Notes under the pieces: generated by a model
Told to the model about the DNA's origin: nothing
What the model saw: the letters and a program-made list of their open reading frames with translations, nothing else
Databases searched by the model: none
Sequence record: PZ452606.1
Reading direction: 5' to 3' (one strand)
DNA: 64,000 bases
From: a phage
Part shown: piece after piece, positions 21,929 through 31,078 of the stretch
Layout: every line of letters begins with the position of its first letter
Position numbering within the stretch: position 1 is the first letter of the stretch
Made by a program: the position numbers and the translations under genes

Positions 21929-22893
21929 TGTATTCTTTAGAGGAATTTAATAATCAAGCAATAAACGCAGATTTCCAACGTAATAATATGTTTAGCTGCG
22001 TTTTTGCGACAACTCCATCAACTAAAAGCTCTTCGTTGATAAGTTCAATTAGCAACTTTTCTTATAATAACTTGGGTCTAAATTCAGACTGGTTAGGATT
22101 GTCTCAAGGCGATATTAATCAGGGAATTACCACGCTAATTACTGCTGGCACACAAAAACTGATAAGAAAATCAGGGGTTAGTAAATATCTTATTGGTGCC
22201 ATGAGTCAACGTACAGTTCAAAGTTTATTGGGCTCATTTACAGTTGGTACATATTTAATTGACTTCTTTAATATGGCATATAATTCATCTGGATTGATGA
22301 TATACTCTGTAAAAATGCCAGAGAATAGATTATCCTATGAAACTGACTGGAATTATAACTCTCCTAATATTCGTATAACTGGGAGAGAATTGGACCCTTT
22401 GGTTATTTCATTTAGAATGGATTCAGAAGCTTGTAACTATCGTGCGATGCAAGACTGGGTTAACGCTGTTCAAGACCCAGTAACTGGACTGCGTGCTTTG
22501 CCACAGGATGTCGAGGCAGATATTCAGGTTAATCTTCATGCTCGTAATGGATTACCTCATACTGCGGTGATGTTCACCGGATGCATTCCAGTGTCAGTGA
22601 GCGCTCCTGAGTTATCATATGATGGAGATAACCAAATAACTACATTTGATGTTACTTTTGCGTATAGAGTCATGCAGGCTGGGTCGGTTGATAGACAAGC
22701 TGCGCTTGAGTGGCTTGAATCTGCTGCTATAAATGGCATTCAAAGTGTTCTCGGAAATAGTGGAGGTGTTACTGGATTATCTAATTCGCTTTCACGACTT
22801 AGTAGATTAGGAGGAACTGCTGGAAGCATTTCAAACATTAATACTATGACGGGAATTGTCAACTCGCAAAGTAAAATATTAGGAGCAATATAA
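21928..22893 (+). CDS. 54: baseplate tail-tube initiator gp54
   Basis: 321-aa ORF, ATGA-type overlap with gene 48; bidirectional terminator hairpin downstream. Confidence 0.9.
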   Translation: MYSLEEFNNQAINADFQRNNMFSCVFATTPSTKSSSLISSISNFSYNNLGLNSDWLGLSQGDINQGITTLITAGTQKLIRKSGVSKYLIGAMSQRTVQSLLGSFTVGTYLIDFFNMAYNSSGLMIYSVKMPENRLSYETDWNYNSPNIRITGRELDPLVISFRMDSEACNYRAMQDWVNAVQDPVTGLRALPQDVEADIQVNLHARNGLPHTAVMFTGCIPVSVSAPELSYDGDNQITTFDVTFAYRVMQAGSVDRQAALEWLESAAINGIQSVLGNSGGVTGLSNSLSRLSRLGGTAGSISNINTMTGIVNSQSKILGAI

Positions 22894-22895
22894 CA

Positions 22896-22917
22896 ATGGG
22901 GACCGAAAGGTCCCCAT
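22896..22917. terminator. bidirectional terminator between gene 54 (+) and the alt region (-)
   Basis: ATGGGGACC-GAAA-GGTCCCCAT, 9-bp stem, followed by ATTTTTATTT. Confidence 0.75.
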
Positions 22918-22921
22918 ATTT

Positions 22922-23212
22922 TTATTTACGGAATGAAATAAAAGCAGCAACTGAAGCAACTAAACTGTCTTCAATATAAACTTCAATTTTTACCGGAGCT
23001 TCTGACTCAAATTTACCTGTTACTACACCTTGGAAAATGCTTTCAGTCTGCTGTGGCTTTGAAAAATTTTCAGAAGGAAAAATTCCGAACTTTTTATCTG
23101 TTCCAAAAATTTTGATAAATTCATCATAAACTGCTTCATTAAAAGCGTTATCAGCAGGAATAACGCCTTCAACTACAAGTTCTTGACCTAAAAAGCGTAA
23201 AGAAGATTTCAT
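22922..23212 (-). CDS. hypothetical protein (alt.-3 position)
   Basis: 96-aa ORF; preceded on the - strand by a GTTTAC...TAnnnT promoter-like element and GAGG RBS. Confidence 0.6.
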   Translation of the reverse strand: MKSSLRFLGQELVVEGVIPADNAFNEAVYDEFIKIFGTDKKFGIFPSENFSKPQQTESIFQGVVTGKFESEAPVKIEVYIEDSLVASVAAFISFRK

Positions 23213-23220
23213 TTTGTGTT

Positions 23221-23273
23221 CCTCATGTTATGTCAGTAAGATTACTGTAACACAACACGAGGGACTTGTAAAC
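23221..23273 (-). repeat. 53-bp intergenic repeat, copy A (second copy at 38546-38598, 52/53 identical)
   Basis: CCTCATGTTATGTCAGTAAGA[T/C]TACTGTAACACAACACGAGGGACTTGTAAAC present at both loci immediately 5' of minus-strand genes. Confidence 0.9.
23238..23273 (-). promoter_or_regulatory. T4 early-type promoter candidate (GTTTAC -35-like, TGnTACAGT -10-like) within 53-bp repeat, copy A
   Basis: Minus strand GTTTAC-17 nt-TTACAGT followed by GAGG RBS and the alt.-3-position ORF. Confidence 0.45.
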
Positions 23274-25330
23274 TACATCTTGAACTTTTTAGACATTCCG
23301 TTGATGCTAACCAAAGAAGCCAAGATTTGAGAAACTTCGTTTTCCTCTTCTTTTGATTCTTCTACAAGGAATTGATTAAACCCAGCCATTGGACGAACTT
23401 CACCAGTTTCCATTAGATGATCGCCATCATATACCGATTCTTCTAATTGTTCAGAAGGAGGAACGATTGTGCCTTCGATTAGATACTTGTTATAAGCAGT
23501 TTCTTTCATCATGTACGTGCTTACTTTATTAATCTTCAACAAAATTCCACGCGGTAGAATAACTTCAGCTTCTGATGGAAATCCTGATAAATGACCTGGA
23601 ACGATAACTTTGATTCGTTCAGCCCCTTTAATTACCATACCTACGCTAGTTTCAGCATCTTCATTAGCATATGTAGAATGACTACCCATATGCATCAAAT
23701 CTTCTGCATCAACGGAACCTTCTCCTTCACCAGAAAATACTGCGCCGGAATCATCTAGAGCCATATAGTTTTTACCATGCTCACCGAAGATATTTGGTTT
23801 AAGCGATGTGGATACGAAGTTCTTGAAATAGAACATTTTATTTTCAATATTATGACGTAAAGTTTTAAAGGTAACTTCTTGTCCGCGATAAAGCGTAGTT
23901 CCTGGAGGAAGAACTGAACCTTTAGCAAATGCAGAATCCAACGTCTCGATGTGCTTAATAGCTCGTTCCATATATTCTTCACGGGTAGAATCTGGTTTAC
24001 CCAAGAGGAACGAGTTCATTTCAACATATGAATCTGCACAATAATCTTCAATTACATCAGACTCAGCCTGAGTTAATCCTTTTGGAGTTACTTCGGTGCT
24101 TGCGTATTCATATGCCTGAGCAGCAGATTCATTAATCAATTTATAAATGCTATTCATGACAAATTGAATAATAGCTACTTTTTCGTCTGGCGTGGCTTTA
24201 GAACCTTTAACTAAATCATTGATAATTTTCTTAATAACATCAAAGCTATTAGAAATATTAATGTCAGCTAGATCGCTCAAAATTTTATCGGTTTTATAAT
24301 CAAAAAATTCTTTATTCTTTAAATATTCTTGAGAACCTTGATGTGTTATATCGCTCTGCAGTCTGATAGACGGATCACGTAAACGTGCATGGGCCAATGC
24401 AATATGATTTCGGAAGCTTTCTAGTTCATAATCGTTAGATTTAAAACGAGAAGCACTTCTCATACCACCGATAGCTCCTTTGCCGAAGTTGGAACCAATC
24501 TGAATAACGCCAGAGTTCATTGGTCCTTCTGCTTTATATACCGGAACTTTAGATTCAAACTCTTGATATTTCTTAGCGGCGAAGCTATCGCCCTGGAGTG
24601 AGGCATCGACAGTAGAATATTGAGCTTGCGCTGCTAATCGACGACTAATTTTAGTTTTCTGAATAACAGCTTGATCAGTGCGCTTATCATTTTCTAAAGC
24701 AATAGAAGCAGCAACAGCGACAGCTTTAGGAACAGCATTACCTGTTTTAACGTCTACATAAACATCACCAACCTTTGATTCAACTTTTGTGAATAACTCA
24801 GTTGAAATAGGAGGTACACCTGGAATGTCTTCTAAATTGGCATTTTTACGGTAAACCATAATATATGCGTACTTTTTATCATAGTCCCAGATTTCCTTTA
24901 AAAGAACATATCGACCTGCTCCTTTAGTACGTACTAAACGGTCAGCAATAACTTGCATTTGACGAGCTGCGCCATTTGTTTTACTCTTTAGTACGCGGAA
25001 TAGGCATGCGTCGATTTTATACTGCTTCATTGTTTGAAGAGCAGTATCAAAAACAGCATTAATGACGCCAATTGGATTTCCACCCAAGTTTCTAAGCTTA
25101 ACCAGCGATAATTTCTCGTTGACACCTATCATTACGATATGCATCATTTTATCGCCTGGCTTAACGTTTTTATTCGTATCACCACCAGAGGTGTATGTAC
25201 AAAATCTAAATCCAGGAAGCACGCTTTCTTCGCCGGCTTGAATAGCAAAAATTTGTGGTATTTTATGCTTAGGATTTAAGTTAACAACCGGCGCCGAAGC
25301 GCCGTCAAATAATTCTGTAATAAGTTCCAT
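23273..25330 (-). CDS. Alt-like ADP-ribosyltransferase paralogue (685 aa)
   Basis: N-terminal third near-identical in pattern to the adjacent 698-aa ORF; C-terminal ART R/S/E triad candidates: YRGQ, FVSTSL, PSEAEVILPRG. Confidence 0.8.
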   Translation of the reverse strand: MELITELFDGASAPVVNLNPKHKIPQIFAIQAGEESVLPGFRFCTYTSGGDTNKNVKPGDKMMHIVMIGVNEKLSLVKLRNLGGNPIGVINAVFDTALQTMKQYKIDACLFRVLKSKTNGAARQMQVIADRLVRTKGAGRYVLLKEIWDYDKKYAYIMVYRKNANLEDIPGVPPISTELFTKVESKVGDVYVDVKTGNAVPKAVAVAASIALENDKRTDQAVIQKTKISRRLAAQAQYSTVDASLQGDSFAAKKYQEFESKVPVYKAEGPMNSGVIQIGSNFGKGAIGGMRSASRFKSNDYELESFRNHIALAHARLRDPSIRLQSDITHQGSQEYLKNKEFFDYKTDKILSDLADINISNSFDVIKKIINDLVKGSKATPDEKVAIIQFVMNSIYKLINESAAQAYEYASTEVTPKGLTQAESDVIEDYCADSYVEMNSFLLGKPDSTREEYMERAIKHIETLDSAFAKGSVLPPGTTLYRGQEVTFKTLRHNIENKMFYFKNFVSTSLKPNIFGEHGKNYMALDDSGAVFSGEGEGSVDAEDLMHMGSHSTYANEDAETSVGMVIKGAERIKVIVPGHLSGFPSEAEVILPRGILLKINKVSTYMMKETAYNKYLIEGTIVPPSEQLEESVYDGDHLMETGEVRPMAGFNQFLVEESKEEENEVSQILASLVSINGMSKKFKM

Positions 25331-25333
25331 GAT

Positions 25334-27430
25334 TTATCCTTGAACGAACTTGTAAGGCATGTTTGTAATATCTATGCAAGACGCAATAATTCCAAGAGAT
25401 GATTCTACTTTCTGTTTAACATTTGATGAAACAAATGATGCAAAGTCAACTCTGTCTTCTATTTCAATATCACCTGTCATTGCAACTACTTCGCCAGTTT
25501 CCATTAAACGGTCACCGTCATAAATTACCGATTCGGTGAGTTCTTCGGTGGTCATAACTTCAGCTTGAATGAGTTTTGTATTATTAGACGTGGTTCCGTC
25601 ATTATTAGAAGCATCAGTTATTTTATTAACTTTGACCATCAATCCGCGCGGTAGAATAACTTCGGCTTCTGTTGCTATTCCGAGACTTCCTGGATATACA
25701 ACATTAACTTTATGAGCTCCATCAATTGCCCATCCTATTTGAACTTTAACGTATTCAGGATTTTCTTTATACGCTCTTATTTCGTTTGGATTAATAGTTA
25801 TTCCTTCTTCATTTTTATCAACTGTTAATTCGTTACGAGCTTCTGGTTCTAAAAGACCAATACCAGCATGTGTAATTCCAAAACGTCCAAAAATGATAGG
25901 AGTTAAAGAAGTAGATACAAAATTTCTGAAATAGAACACTTTATTTTTAACTAACGCTTCATATATAGGAGCAGTCATACTTTGAGCACGATAAACTGTA
26001 ATGCCTTCTGGTATACGGTCACCATTTTCAAAAGCTGAATCTAAGTTATTTATAGCAGATTCAATTTCTTTTTCGCTCATTACATCGTATCGTTCTGGAT
26101 TGTAACGACCTAAAAGAAGATTATTAATGTCTGTATATCCTGAACCGCAATATTCTCTAATGCCACGCTTTTGTGATGGAGTATATTTAGAACCATCGCG
26201 GGCAATAGTAATATCAATCATTGGACCGGCACCAATTCCAGAAAAACTGTAAATCATTCGTTTGAGGAATTTAGTTTTTGCTGCGTTCCAGGAATTTTTA
26301 GTTATTTCTTCCCAGACTTCATCTGGTTGCCCTTTACGAGTTTTATTATGTTTATCAAGCCAATTATCTTTATATTCTTCAAAGAATTTATTAACAGCTG
26401 CTGCGTATTTCTCTAAACATTTTATTGAAGTAGTTGGTTCATTTTTGATTGCGTTAAAAATTACATCTTTAATTTTTTCGGAAACTTCATCAACCTCACT
26501 TTTTGAAAAGAATTTATAGTCATAGTGAAGTTCATTCGCAGTTCCTTCGGCAATAATTTTTGCTGCCTTAGTTTTAGAAGCTAATGAATTAATTCCAAGC
26601 TTCATTTCTTCTGCTTCGGGAATTAAAGGAGCGGTAGCAGGTTTATTGAAATTAGCTGCGGTAGATTCATACTTCTGGAATAATTCACTTTCAAATCTAG
26701 AAGATTCCAATGATTGACTTTGCGCAATTGCTCTACGGGAAATTTTAACTTTAACGATTACAGCTTGGTCAGAACGTTTATCATTTTCCTGCGCAATAGA
26801 TGCTGCAATTGCCTCATTTTTAGTTACTTGGGCTCCAGTATCTTTATTGATATAAACATCACCGACTTTCGATTCAACTTTAGTAAAGAGCTCGGTACTA
26901 ATTTCTGGAACTCCCGGAATGTCTTCTAGTGATACATTTTTGCGATGTATAAGAATATATGCATACTTTTTATCATAATCCCAGAGTTCCTTAAGAAGGA
27001 CGTATCTGCCACCTGAACGACTACGGATAAGTCTATCAGCAATAACTTGAATTTGTCGAGCTTGACCAGCGGTTTTAGACTTAAGAATACGAAGCATACA
27101 AGCATCAATTTTATACTGACGCATTGTTTGCATTGCAACAGTAAAAACTGAATTGATATAATTAATTGGGCTTGGACCAAGACCTTTTAATTTAGCAATT
27201 GAACCTTTAGCAGTTAATGTAAAAGGAACAATATGCATCATTTTATCGCCCATCTTTAAATCGCGATTAGTATCACCTCCAGATGTATAGGTACATAAAC
27301 GAAAGCCTGGCTGTTCAATTGCATCATCAACGTGAACTGAAAAAATTTGCGGTATTTTCTTCTTTGGATTTAAGTTTGTAATCGGAAGAGTAGTATCTTC
27401 GTCAAATAATTCTGTAATAAGTTCCATCAT
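25334..27430 (-). CDS. alt: Alt-like ADP-ribosyltransferase (698 aa; probable alt)
   Basis: Position next to gene 30; ART motifs YRAQ, FVSTSL, ATEAEVILPRG; N-terminus MMELITELFDE; minus-strand TATAAATA late promoter upstream; which paralogue corresponds to T4 alt is uncertain. Confidence 0.8.
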   Translation of the reverse strand: MMELITELFDEDTTLPITNLNPKKKIPQIFSVHVDDAIEQPGFRLCTYTSGGDTNRDLKMGDKMMHIVPFTLTAKGSIAKLKGLGPSPINYINSVFTVAMQTMRQYKIDACMLRILKSKTAGQARQIQVIADRLIRSRSGGRYVLLKELWDYDKKYAYILIHRKNVSLEDIPGVPEISTELFTKVESKVGDVYINKDTGAQVTKNEAIAASIAQENDKRSDQAVIVKVKISRRAIAQSQSLESSRFESELFQKYESTAANFNKPATAPLIPEAEEMKLGINSLASKTKAAKIIAEGTANELHYDYKFFSKSEVDEVSEKIKDVIFNAIKNEPTTSIKCLEKYAAAVNKFFEEYKDNWLDKHNKTRKGQPDEVWEEITKNSWNAAKTKFLKRMIYSFSGIGAGPMIDITIARDGSKYTPSQKRGIREYCGSGYTDINNLLLGRYNPERYDVMSEKEIESAINNLDSAFENGDRIPEGITVYRAQSMTAPIYEALVKNKVFYFRNFVSTSLTPIIFGRFGITHAGIGLLEPEARNELTVDKNEEGITINPNEIRAYKENPEYVKVQIGWAIDGAHKVNVVYPGSLGIATEAEVILPRGLMVKVNKITDASNNDGTTSNNTKLIQAEVMTTEELTESVIYDGDRLMETGEVVAMTGDIEIEDRVDFASFVSSNVKQKVESSLGIIASCIDITNMPYKFVQG

Positions 27431-27450
27431 AGCCTCTCTAGTGTTTATTC

Positions 27451-27458
27451 TATTTATA
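27451..27458 (-). promoter_or_regulatory. T4-type late promoter (minus strand) upstream of alt
   Basis: Reverse-complement TATAAATA between a terminator hairpin and the Alt start; consistent with Alt being a packaged head protein. Confidence 0.6.
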
Positions 27459-27463
27459 AAATT

Positions 27464-27481
27464 AAAGGCCCGAAGGCCTTT
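27464..27481 (-). terminator. stem-loop after the gene 30 cluster, before the alt late promoter
   Basis: AAAGGCC-CGAA-GGCCTTT. Confidence 0.55.
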
Positions 27482-27668
27482 AGTAATCTAGTGGTAAGAG
27501 AGTACGATATATTTCAAACTTTGGTCCTTTTTCATAGGCATCAAATGTTTCTGTAAATTTATTATAAGCGTATGCATCTACAAATTCGAGAATGACTTGT
27601 GATACAGAAGTAGAAACATCTCCACCTTCTTTTTGAGCAATGACAATTGTTTCTAAGTAAGCTTTCAT
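27480..27668 (-). CDS. hypothetical small protein
   Basis: 62-aa ORF overlapping the 3' end of gene 30 by 4 nt. Confidence 0.5.
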   Translation of the reverse strand: MKAYLETIVIAQKEGGDVSTSVSQVILEFVDAYAYNKFTETFDAYEKGPKFEIYRTLLPLDY

Positions 27669-29128
27669 AAACCAGTTACCTCATGAAAATCGCCAAATAC
27701 ATCTTCGAACGTATTAGCTTTAGTTTTATCTTCACGTAAACGAATCGCAATCGGAAGAAATAATTTAACGTAATCAGTGCGGCCATCAGATTTTAACCAA
27801 CCGTTGCATTCGCACTCTAGAATTTTTCCAATATAATAATTTTGGTTTTCCATAATGCGAGTACGGTCAAGTTCATGCGATTTTACACCGGCTTTATCTT
27901 TTAAGCCTGAACCAGCATTTACTTTAATTTTTCCACACTCTGACTCAAGAATAAATCCACCTGCTTTAGTAGGGTCTTTACGGTGAGGATAAATTCCTAC
28001 AATTTTTAAATCAACATCAATTACTTCTTTAAATTTATAGAGATTTTTTGAACGAGCATTTTCCCATAATCCATCGATATTTTTGAGAATAATACCTTCA
28101 AGACCTTGGTCAATATACTTTTTATAAATTACCTTAGCTTCATCTAGGTTATTTACTACCTGGTTTTCAATTAAAATTACTTTATCATAGCCTGATGTCA
28201 TTTGTTCTAGTTTAGAAAAACGTACATCATATTTTAAACGAAATGCTGGAAGACCGTATATTTCTACTAATGGAACATAATCCCAGACTTGAAACTTCAT
28301 GCATTGAGCTTCTTTTTCTGAAATAGTTCCCTTTAAAGATTTATTAGCGATTCCATTAGAAGCAGTACGTGATTCAGCTACTTCGGCGAATTCTTTAGCT
28401 TTACTAATTTCAGGATAAGCATCAAAAAGAAAATCTAGGCCTTCTGGTTCCTTTTTAACTTGCTCATGGTATACCAATTCGCCATCAATTAACACACCTT
28501 CTGGATGAATCTGGCGGGCTTCAGCGGTCATTTTGATTAACTCTTCCTTAAGAAGATCTAATCCTAGATATTCATTACCGGCTCGTGATAAAAGACGAAC
28601 ATCATCTAATTCATCACCTCTGACTTCAGCAAAGCACCGAGCTCCATCAGCTTTTAATTGGGCAAAGGCTGGAAATTTGATATTCTTATTAATGCCTTTT
28701 TCATCATAAGAACTTGCCAGCATTTGAGGTTGTTCAGGAATTAAACCTGGCCAAACTTTATTTGCAATAGATACTGATGCACCGCATTCAAGGTCTCGCA
28801 TCATCACCCGACGCAAAACTTCAACATCATCTTTTTTACCGTCAGTAATATATCCAGTTAATTCCTCAATTGCCGCATTTCCAGTCAATTTCCGAGTAGC
28901 TAACGTGAATTCAATGAAGTCAAGCATATCGGTAAGAGTCAACATTCCAAAACTCTGGGTAGCAATACCCGGTTTAGGCCATTTCTTGATATAATACTGT
29001 AACCCACGAGAATAAGTCAGACGATATACTCGTTTAAGCAATTCATTATCTTTATTCTTTTCAAGAATTGCTTGCTTCTGCTTAGTTGAACCAATAGATG
29101 CTATTTCGTTCAGAATTTTAAGAATCAT
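27665..29128 (-). CDS. 30: ATP-dependent DNA ligase gp30
   Basis: 487-aa ORF; adenylation lysine motif K-A-D-G (FAQLKADGARCFAE); length matches T4 DNA ligase. Confidence 0.95.
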   Translation of the reverse strand: MILKILNEIASIGSTKQKQAILEKNKDNELLKRVYRLTYSRGLQYYIKKWPKPGIATQSFGMLTLTDMLDFIEFTLATRKLTGNAAIEELTGYITDGKKDDVEVLRRVMMRDLECGASVSIANKVWPGLIPEQPQMLASSYDEKGINKNIKFPAFAQLKADGARCFAEVRGDELDDVRLLSRAGNEYLGLDLLKEELIKMTAEARQIHPEGVLIDGELVYHEQVKKEPEGLDFLFDAYPEISKAKEFAEVAESRTASNGIANKSLKGTISEKEAQCMKFQVWDYVPLVEIYGLPAFRLKYDVRFSKLEQMTSGYDKVILIENQVVNNLDEAKVIYKKYIDQGLEGIILKNIDGLWENARSKNLYKFKEVIDVDLKIVGIYPHRKDPTKAGGFILESECGKIKVNAGSGLKDKAGVKSHELDRTRIMENQNYYIGKILECECNGWLKSDGRTDYVKLFLPIAIRLREDKTKANTFEDVFGDFHEVTGL

Positions 29129-29394
29129 TGTTCATCCTTTAGAGTTTGGTTTACAGCTCTATTATAAATCAATTCATCATTAAGCTCAGTCAAAGACCTG
29201 TGGTACGTGGTTCTAACTTTATTTCCTTGCATCCAGTGCTTGACGTAAATGAAACCTTGCTCTACACATTTTTTAAAAATTCGTTCGTCTTTTTGAGCTC
29301 GGAATTCTGGATTGCATCTAAAAAATTGATTTACGTGACCGTAATCACGTGTAGTATTACCTTCATTTTCATAAATAGTGTGAACGACAAACAT
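29125..29394 (-). CDS. hypothetical protein (30.1 position)
   Basis: 89-aa ORF, translationally coupled to gene 30. Confidence 0.55.
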   Translation of the reverse strand: MFVVHTIYENEGNTTRDYGHVNQFFRCNPEFRAQKDERIFKKCVEQGFIYVKHWMQGNKVRTTYHRSLTELNDELIYNRAVNQTLKDEQ

Positions 29395-30230
29395 TAGAAT
29401 GCTCCTTGGAAAATATTATCACCACTAGTAGGTCTATTATACAAATACTCTATGCCACCGGGTTTAATATAGTTCCATGTCTGAAACGGATGCGTCTGAT
29501 ATGGATGATATGGATTATAAGGATTAAACCCAGGAGTTCTCCAGGTAGTGTTCCAAGGAAAAGAATCGTTTTTGATCATCTTCTCAATTACATCTTTTAT
29601 AGCTTTTTCACGATCAAAACTTTCTTTAATTTCCTTCGATGGAAAAAGCTTATTCTCGACATCATTCCATGTATAAACTCGCTGTGCAGTTTTTGGAATA
29701 CTGTCACGCTCTCCTCGAGCCATCCAATAAACAGGAACATTTAATATTTCACTCGCGTGATCGCAGTGGTGAGCGAGATCGTCAATATAACAAATTACGT
29801 TATATTTTTCTTTTGCCTTTTTGAACAGCTCTTCTTTTGAAGAATCATGACTACACATCAGTACTTCTGAGAAGGCACCAGGAAAAAGAGCATTCAAATT
29901 AAATTGACGATTCAGCAGAGCGTCAATAGAATCACCCAATGCTGTAACAGCTACAAAATTATAATCTTCTTTTAATTTGTTAATTACACACAGGGCATCT
30001 TTATATGGAGACAAGTAACGAATAAAATCTGAACGATTATATTTTTCAATTAACTTGACACCAAGTTCTTCATCACAATTAAAGAGTTTACCAGGAGAAA
30101 TAAATTTCTCATCTTGGATCATTTTTAAAATATGTTCTAACGGAAGATTATATTTCTGAGCAAAATAAGGAAGGCCTGATTGCCAGCTTAAACATACTCC
30201 ATCAATATCAGTTAAAATAGTAGGCTTCAT
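29394..30230 (-). CDS. HAD-superfamily-like hydrolase candidate (30.2 position)
   Basis: 278-aa ORF; N-terminal ILTDIDGV (HAD motif I DxDG[TV]), later FVAVTAL, KAKEKY and CYIDD match HAD motifs II-IV. Confidence 0.6.
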   Translation of the reverse strand: MKPTILTDIDGVCLSWQSGLPYFAQKYNLPLEHILKMIQDEKFISPGKLFNCDEELGVKLIEKYNRSDFIRYLSPYKDALCVINKLKEDYNFVAVTALGDSIDALLNRQFNLNALFPGAFSEVLMCSHDSSKEELFKKAKEKYNVICYIDDLAHHCDHASEILNVPVYWMARGERDSIPKTAQRVYTWNDVENKLFPSKEIKESFDREKAIKDVIEKMIKNDSFPWNTTWRTPGFNPYNPYHPYQTHPFQTWNYIKPGGIEYLYNRPTSGDNIFQGAF

Positions 30231-30691
30231 AGAGAGTCTCTTAATAGGTTTAACACATCAATAAATTCAGCTTCGGTTAGTATTGTATCATCTTTTGTTA
30301 GACCACTAGCCATGCTGTGCTTCAAAACTTTTCCTTTCGAGGCTAGTAATGCATCACGAAAGCCCTTGTTTTGAATCGCTGCTTCAAAATATGCATTTGT
30401 GTATAATTCTTTCCACGCCGGGGAGTATCTTGAAAACGGAACTCCAAGCCAGAAGAGGGTCCCACGGTCCTGAGCTCTAGCATAAGACCTTCCAGCTTGT
30501 TGGGCGGCAAGCCCGGATAACCCAAATATACGACGTTGTTGTTCAACATTTTTCACCTTGCATCCTTGGAGGAATCCTTCAAGACCTCCAAATTGAATAC
30601 CATCCATAACGAAAGGCCATTGGGCGAAATTACTTAATGCACATGATGGCCACCTAAAATTACTTCTAATCTCTAACTCAGACATTTTCAA
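30227..30691 (-). CDS. NADAR/YbiA-like domain protein candidate (30.3 position)
   Basis: 154-aa ORF; LSNFAQWPFVMDGIQFGGLEGFLQGCK matches the SNFAAWP..DG....SEHYFQAQK signature of E. coli YbiA as I recall it. Confidence 0.6.
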   Translation of the reverse strand: MKMSELEIRSNFRWPSCALSNFAQWPFVMDGIQFGGLEGFLQGCKVKNVEQQRRIFGLSGLAAQQAGRSYARAQDRGTLFWLGVPFSRYSPAWKELYTNAYFEAAIQNKGFRDALLASKGKVLKHSMASGLTKDDTILTEAEFIDVLNLLRDSL

Positions 30692-30884
30692 TGCTTATAA
30701 TTTCAACATCAGCCCAATGACCATAGCAAGGAAGACGAAATTCAACTGGCCAGTTAGGGTCCTTTTCTAATATAATAGACTCAACTCGTGGTTCTTCATG
30801 TTCATCAGTATATGGATTTTTATCTGTTACTTTATATGTGACCTTAATGTACTGAATTCCAAAAATCTTATTAATTATATTCAT
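30678..30884 (-). CDS. hypothetical protein (30.4 position)
   Basis: 68-aa ORF in the coupled 30.x array. Confidence 0.5.
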   Translation of the reverse strand: MNIINKIFGIQYIKVTYKVTDKNPYTDEHEEPRVESIILEKDPNWPVEFRLPCYGHWADVEIISIENV

Positions 30885-31078
30885 ACTAATTCCTTTAATC
30901 CGTAAATAGGAGATAATTCATCACCCATGCGAAGGTCTTCATTTCCATCTACCCAGGAAACAATATAAGCCTCTTTTATTTGAATACCACTCCATTTAAA
31001 TGGAGGTAGAACCTTAGAAATTAATCCAGGTATACCAACTCCCTTTAATTCAACAGTTTGACCTAAAAAGAATTTCAT
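30881..31078 (-). CDS. hypothetical protein (30.5 position)
   Basis: 65-aa ORF, 4-nt overlap with neighbours. Confidence 0.5.
   Translation of the reverse strand: MKFFLGQTVELKGVGIPGLISKVLPPFKWSGIQIKEAYIVSWVDGNEDLRMGDELSPIYGLKELV

Noticed and set aside
29148-29180. Plus-strand GTTTAC ... TATAAATC promoter look-alike inside the gene 30 / 30.1 junction
   Set aside because: Octamer is TATAAATC not TATAAATA; it would be antisense to all surrounding genes; likely chance occurrence
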